Shown here: one piece after another, positions 61,021 to 64,000 of the stretch
How the letters are laid out: every line of letters starts with the position of its first letter
Numbering within the stretch: position 1 is the first letter of the stretch
Source: a virus
Lineage: Duplodnaviria > Caudoviricetes
Direction: 5' to 3' (one strand)
Length of the DNA stretch: 64,000 bases
IMG/VR virus record: IMGVR_UViG_3300031993_000074
Location: 620-64,619 of that record
Translations under genes and position numbers: made by a program
The notes under the pieces: model-generated
Told to the model about the DNA's origin: nothing
Databases searched by the model: none
The model's input: the letters and a program-made list of their open reading frames with translations, nothing else

Positions 61021-61329
61021 ATGAAGCACAATAACAAACTTGCGGAGCGGTTGAAGGAGCTGCGCAAGGCGCGTGGCTTGACGCAACGGGACATGGCGCG
61101 GCAGTTCCGCCTTACCAATGTCGGCTACGGCGGATGGGAACGCGGCGACACAGAGCCGTCAATCGACAACATCATGCGCCTGTGCGAACTGTTTGGATGT
61201 ACGTCGGACAGCCTCATCGGGCTTGCGCCTCCGAAGGTGACAGTCGATGCAAGCGACGTAAAGGCGAAAAGCGAAAAGGCGAAGGGCGCGTTGGATGCGC
61301 TCTTCGCCTCGATTGAACGGCTCGGTTAG
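61021..61329 (+). CDS. XRE-family HTH regulator
   Basis: RLKELRKARGLTQRDMA...WERGDTEPS....LCELFGCTSDSLIG. Confidence 0.9.
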   Translation: MKHNNKLAERLKELRKARGLTQRDMARQFRLTNVGYGGWERGDTEPSIDNIMRLCELFGCTSDSLIGLAPPKVTVDASDVKAKSEKAKGALDALFASIERLG

Positions 61330-61334
61330 TCCGG

Positions 61335-61649
61335 CTACGCCTTGACAGTCGGCGCGTCCTCGCCGAATATCTGCGGGTTGCGCTTCTTCAATCCCTCGGC
61401 GTTCAGGTGCATGAACTCGACAAGCGGAACGTTCGCCGCAAACGCACATTTGACGAACACCTGATAGTCTGGATCGCGAACACTCATAGTGCGATTGGGT
61501 ATGCCCTTGGCTGTTGGGTTAGCCGTTCCTTTTTTTCGACCGACATTGGCATATCCAACTGCCTTGCGAGCAGCTGCGCCTTTCTTCGCGGCTTCTGAAC
61601 GAATGCGCGATAGTTCTTCTGGTGTGTGCTTGGTCTTTCCCTTCTTCAT
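61335..61649 (-). CDS. Basic hypothetical protein (104 aa), possible DNA binder
   Basis: SD AAAGGAAG; own consensus promoter upstream. Confidence 0.7.
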   Translation of the reverse strand: MKKGKTKHTPEELSRIRSEAAKKGAAARKAVGYANVGRKKGTANPTAKGIPNRTMSVRDPDYQVFVKCAFAANVPLVEFMHLNAEGLKKRNPQIFGEDAPTVKA

Positions 61650-61667
61650 TTTAGCTTCCTTTCAAAA

Positions 61668-61710
61668 GAATCACGACGGACATTATATCATTCCGCCGTG
61701 ATTCTGTCTA
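61668..61710 (-). promoter_or_regulatory. sigma70 promoter with its -10 box in the loop of a 13-bp inverted repeat
   Basis: TAGACA-17-TGaTATAAT; GAATCACGACGGA-N11-TCCGCCGTGATTC (one mismatch). Confidence 0.65.
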
Positions 61711-61723
61711 TTGCGACAATATA

Positions 61724-62158
61724 CTATTTGTTCTCTGTCGGTATTTCGGCAATGATGCGCTTGCGCCTGTCCACGACGAGGACGGGGTAGGCTTCAAGCG
61801 ACGCGACAACGCCCTGCTTCTGTAGTGCCGCGTGGAACATTTCGCCGATGTACGGCTCTTCAATCTCGTCCGTCGGCTTGGAGACGGCCACGCGGCGCGT
61901 AGAGCCGTCCTTGAAGCGCAACATGGCCTGCAAGACGGGGACGGAATCGAACCGCTTGCGGCGTTCCTCGATCTTGCGCGTGAGTTCCTCCGCAGTGTGC
62001 GTGAGTTCCGTCATGAGCGCGACGAACTGCGGCAGTTCCGGGGTTTCCGTGCCGCCATGCCCTGCGGCACGGCGGTAGGCGGTGTAGAAGTTGTGGGCTG
62101 ACGCTACCTTGAGGTAGGATTCCTGAATAAGGTCAAGTTGCGTGCGTAGGCTTTCCAT
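61724..62158 (-). CDS. Hypothetical protein (144 aa)
   Basis: SD GGAGG; operon packing. Confidence 0.75.
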   Translation of the reverse strand: MESLRTQLDLIQESYLKVASAHNFYTAYRRAAGHGGTETPELPQFVALMTELTHTAEELTRKIEERRKRFDSVPVLQAMLRFKDGSTRRVAVSKPTDEIEEPYIGEMFHAALQKQGVVASLEAYPVLVVDRRKRIIAEIPTENK

Positions 62159-62159
62159 G

Positions 62160-62312
62160 TCACGCCTCCCTTGCTTGCCAGTACATCGTGTCGGACGAAT
62201 CGGCGCAACGTCCGTAGATTCGCCAACGGATGTTCGCTATCGCCTTCTTCGCGGATACTGCCCATGTCTCGAAGTTCCCGAGGTGTGTGCTGACGATGTA
62301 TTTCTTCTTCAT
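62160..62312 (-). CDS. Small hypothetical protein (50 aa)
   Basis: SD GGAGGT before MKKKYIV. Confidence 0.65.
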   Translation of the reverse strand: MKKKYIVSTHLGNFETWAVSAKKAIANIRWRIYGRCADSSDTMYWQAREA

Positions 62313-62332
62313 GGTTCTTACCTCCGACGGCG

Positions 62333-63634
62333 TTAGGCCGCGCGTTTCATCTGTTTTGCGAAGTAGCGAGCCATGCGATTTGCATAGCGTCTGGTTGACA
62401 GCGGCACATTCTTGTTGCCAGCGGTGTAGCATTGCTTGATGCGTCCGTTGAGCGACATTTCCACATCTGCGTGAGGTTCGCCGTTCTTGCGGATGAAGAA
62501 GCAGAAGGTCGAGCCGTCGGCTTGGCGGCGATAGTAGCCACCAATGCAGTTGCGCATGGCGTGACCCTCTGCGGTGAACTCCTCTTGCGTGTGCGGGATG
62601 ATGACGGACAGATCGCCGACACGCCACGCCAGACGCTTCTTTGCGCGTTCCAGCAGATAGTTGATGCGAGCCGCCGTCCGCTTCAATGCCGCCTCGTACT
62701 TGCGTTTCCGCTCCTCGTTCTGACGGCGCAGCTGCTCGTCATACTGCGCGTGTAGCTGCGCGGCAGTCGTCTGGAAGTCACGCGGGAAGGTGTAGCCAAA
62801 CGCGTGAATGTCAAGGCCGAGACGCGAGACGATGCGGCAGTAGTCGAGATATTCGTCCACGCTGAGATTGTTGGCGGCGATATACTTCGCAAGCTCCATG
62901 CGGTTGATGCCTTTCGGTGCGCGTGTGAGCCGATACCGTGCAATCTCCGTTTCAAGGGCGCGTTGAAGCGTCCAGCCGTTAGCATGTGCGCGGATGAGCA
63001 TTTGCGGCGTGTAGGTCGCGCGGTCGGCGTTCGCAATGATCGTGCGGACATTCGAGCGGAAGAAGTCATGCAGAGACTTGTCGGCGGCCAGCCGGTCGAG
63101 GAAGCGGGGAACGATGAAGCTGTTGAGGTCGTTTTTCGCCAGCAGTTCGACTTCCTTGTGACGGACGCAGAGGCGGCAGTATTCCACGAGGGACATTTCG
63201 CCCTGGTATCGGTCGAATGCGCAATACTTGTACTTGGTAGAGGCGAGCGCGTCAAGGTTGGCGTAGCGTACATCCTGCATGAACCAGCTTGTATGCTTGC
63301 CGTCTTCGTTCCACTTGACATGATTGTTGCCCCAACGACCGCGATACCAGCCGTAGGATTCTTGCGGTCGGTTTCGCATTTCGTCGAACTCCACCATAGT
63401 TTGCCCCCATACATTCTGCCAGACATCCTTGCAGATGAAATAGGGGCGGTCGCTCCATGCGCGGTTTACCTCGATTATGCGGACGCCCTTGGCCTTGGTG
63501 TTCCGCACGGCGTAGACAGTAAGGGTAAATTCGCCGTGCAGTCGCGGCTTGATGAAGCCGTAGTATTGCGTTGTGAAGTTGTGTATGTCGGCGTTGTAGG
63601 CCGCCAGCACTTGCGCGTGTTCGCTCTTTGTCAT
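62333..63634 (-). CDS. PcfJ-domain protein
   Basis: C-terminal IIPHTQEEFTAEGHAMRNCIGGY...FFIRK; YLDY motif. Confidence 0.85.
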   Translation of the reverse strand: MTKSEHAQVLAAYNADIHNFTTQYYGFIKPRLHGEFTLTVYAVRNTKAKGVRIIEVNRAWSDRPYFICKDVWQNVWGQTMVEFDEMRNRPQESYGWYRGRWGNNHVKWNEDGKHTSWFMQDVRYANLDALASTKYKYCAFDRYQGEMSLVEYCRLCVRHKEVELLAKNDLNSFIVPRFLDRLAADKSLHDFFRSNVRTIIANADRATYTPQMLIRAHANGWTLQRALETEIARYRLTRAPKGINRMELAKYIAANNLSVDEYLDYCRIVSRLGLDIHAFGYTFPRDFQTTAAQLHAQYDEQLRRQNEERKRKYEAALKRTAARINYLLERAKKRLAWRVGDLSVIIPHTQEEFTAEGHAMRNCIGGYYRRQADGSTFCFFIRKNGEPHADVEMSLNGRIKQCYTAGNKNVPLSTRRYANRMARYFAKQMKRAA

Positions 63635-63648
63635 GGTGTCCTCCTCGC

Positions 63649-64000
63649 TCAGAACAGGGTCATTTGAGCCTGCTCGAACTTCTTGGCGATCTTCTTGGAC
63701 TTCTCGGCCTCGGCTTTGGCGCGTTCGCGGACAGCGGCGGCCTCCTTCTTGGCTTTCGCCGCCTCGTGCTCGGCCTTAGCTACATCGTCAGCGGTGACGG
63801 AGATTAACGCGCCCTTGTTCAAGCTCGCGGCCTTGGCCTCAAGCTCCGCCCGCTTCTTGGCGGCCTTTTCCTCGGCTTCCTTGCGCTTGCGCTCGGCGGC
63901 CTCGGCCTTGCGCTTCGCCTCGGCCTCAATTTCCTCTGGGGTCTGATACTTTACACCCTCCTTCTCATGTTCCATGTATTCCATGAGAAGCCAATAGGCA
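63649..64000 (-). CDS. Partial CDS, probably PcfK-like partner of PcfJ; frame open to the window end
   Basis: Coiled coil ending QMTLF, typical of the gene preceding PcfJ; no stop in frame between 63984 and 64000. Confidence 0.55.
   Translation of the reverse strand, partial: AYWLLMEYMEHEKEGVKYQTPEEIEAEAKRKAEAAERKRKEAEEKAAKKRAELEAKAASLNKGALISVTADDVAKAEHEAAKAKKEAAAVRERAKAEAEKSKKIAKKFEQAQMTLF

Noticed and set aside
63649-64000. Joining the window end to the start gives an in-frame fusion (MSDELPIMRQY...KL + AYWLLMEY...), hinting at a circular 64-kb genome
   Set aside because: A frame match has a 1-in-3 chance, there is no terminal redundancy, and the two halves resemble different families (MutS-I-like vs PcfK-like). 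More likely both genes are cut by the window edges.
1-64000. tRNA, tmRNA or rRNA genes
   Set aside because: No cloverleaf with T-loop/D-loop consensus was recognised by eye; tRNAscan-SE/ARAGORN would be needed to exclude them fully.

Overview
The window is a near-complete or partial genome of a temperate, short-tailed (podovirus-like) dsDNA phage, roughly 60% GC by eye. The host is unknown; the integrase motifs and a heptamer-repeat hairpin weakly suggest a PVC-group (Kiritimatiellae/Lentisphaerae/Verrucomicrobia) bacterium, which is inference only. Layout: (i) 1-1006 (-), a small early operon under a strong sigma70 promoter; (ii) 1167-1325, a palindromic TGACA array; (iii) 1883-39227 (+), terminases, portal, capsid, adaptors, a mosaic tail fibre, lysis-like membrane genes, putative ejection proteins and a 4734-aa polyvalent protein (HExxH peptidase, ParB-like, N6-MTase, Strawberry-notch helicase); (iv) 39224-40975 (-), a Rep-like operon behind a structured leader; (v) 41606-43020, a tyrosine integrase with a probable intact attP; (vi) 42997-59972 (-), accessory and replication genes (lysozyme, Lar-like pair, DUF5131, ParB, RusA, primase-helicase, SF2 helicase, SSB-like, two AAA ATPases) ending in a triple ribbon-helix-helix switch; (vii) 60057-61329 (+), a moron-like operon with an XRE regulator; (viii) 61335-64000 (-), including PcfJ. 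The most notable observations are two overprinted +1-frame genes inside the giant gene (one highly acidic, with its own perfect extended -10 promoter and SD), a P1-c4/P4-CI-like antisense RNA architecture before the Rep operon, an RHH-only switch with three operator copies, twin leaderless late promoters, and an i-type-like lysozyme outside the lysis cassette. No tRNA, rRNA, CRISPR array or reverse transcriptase was seen. All family assignments come from motif recognition by eye, not database searches.
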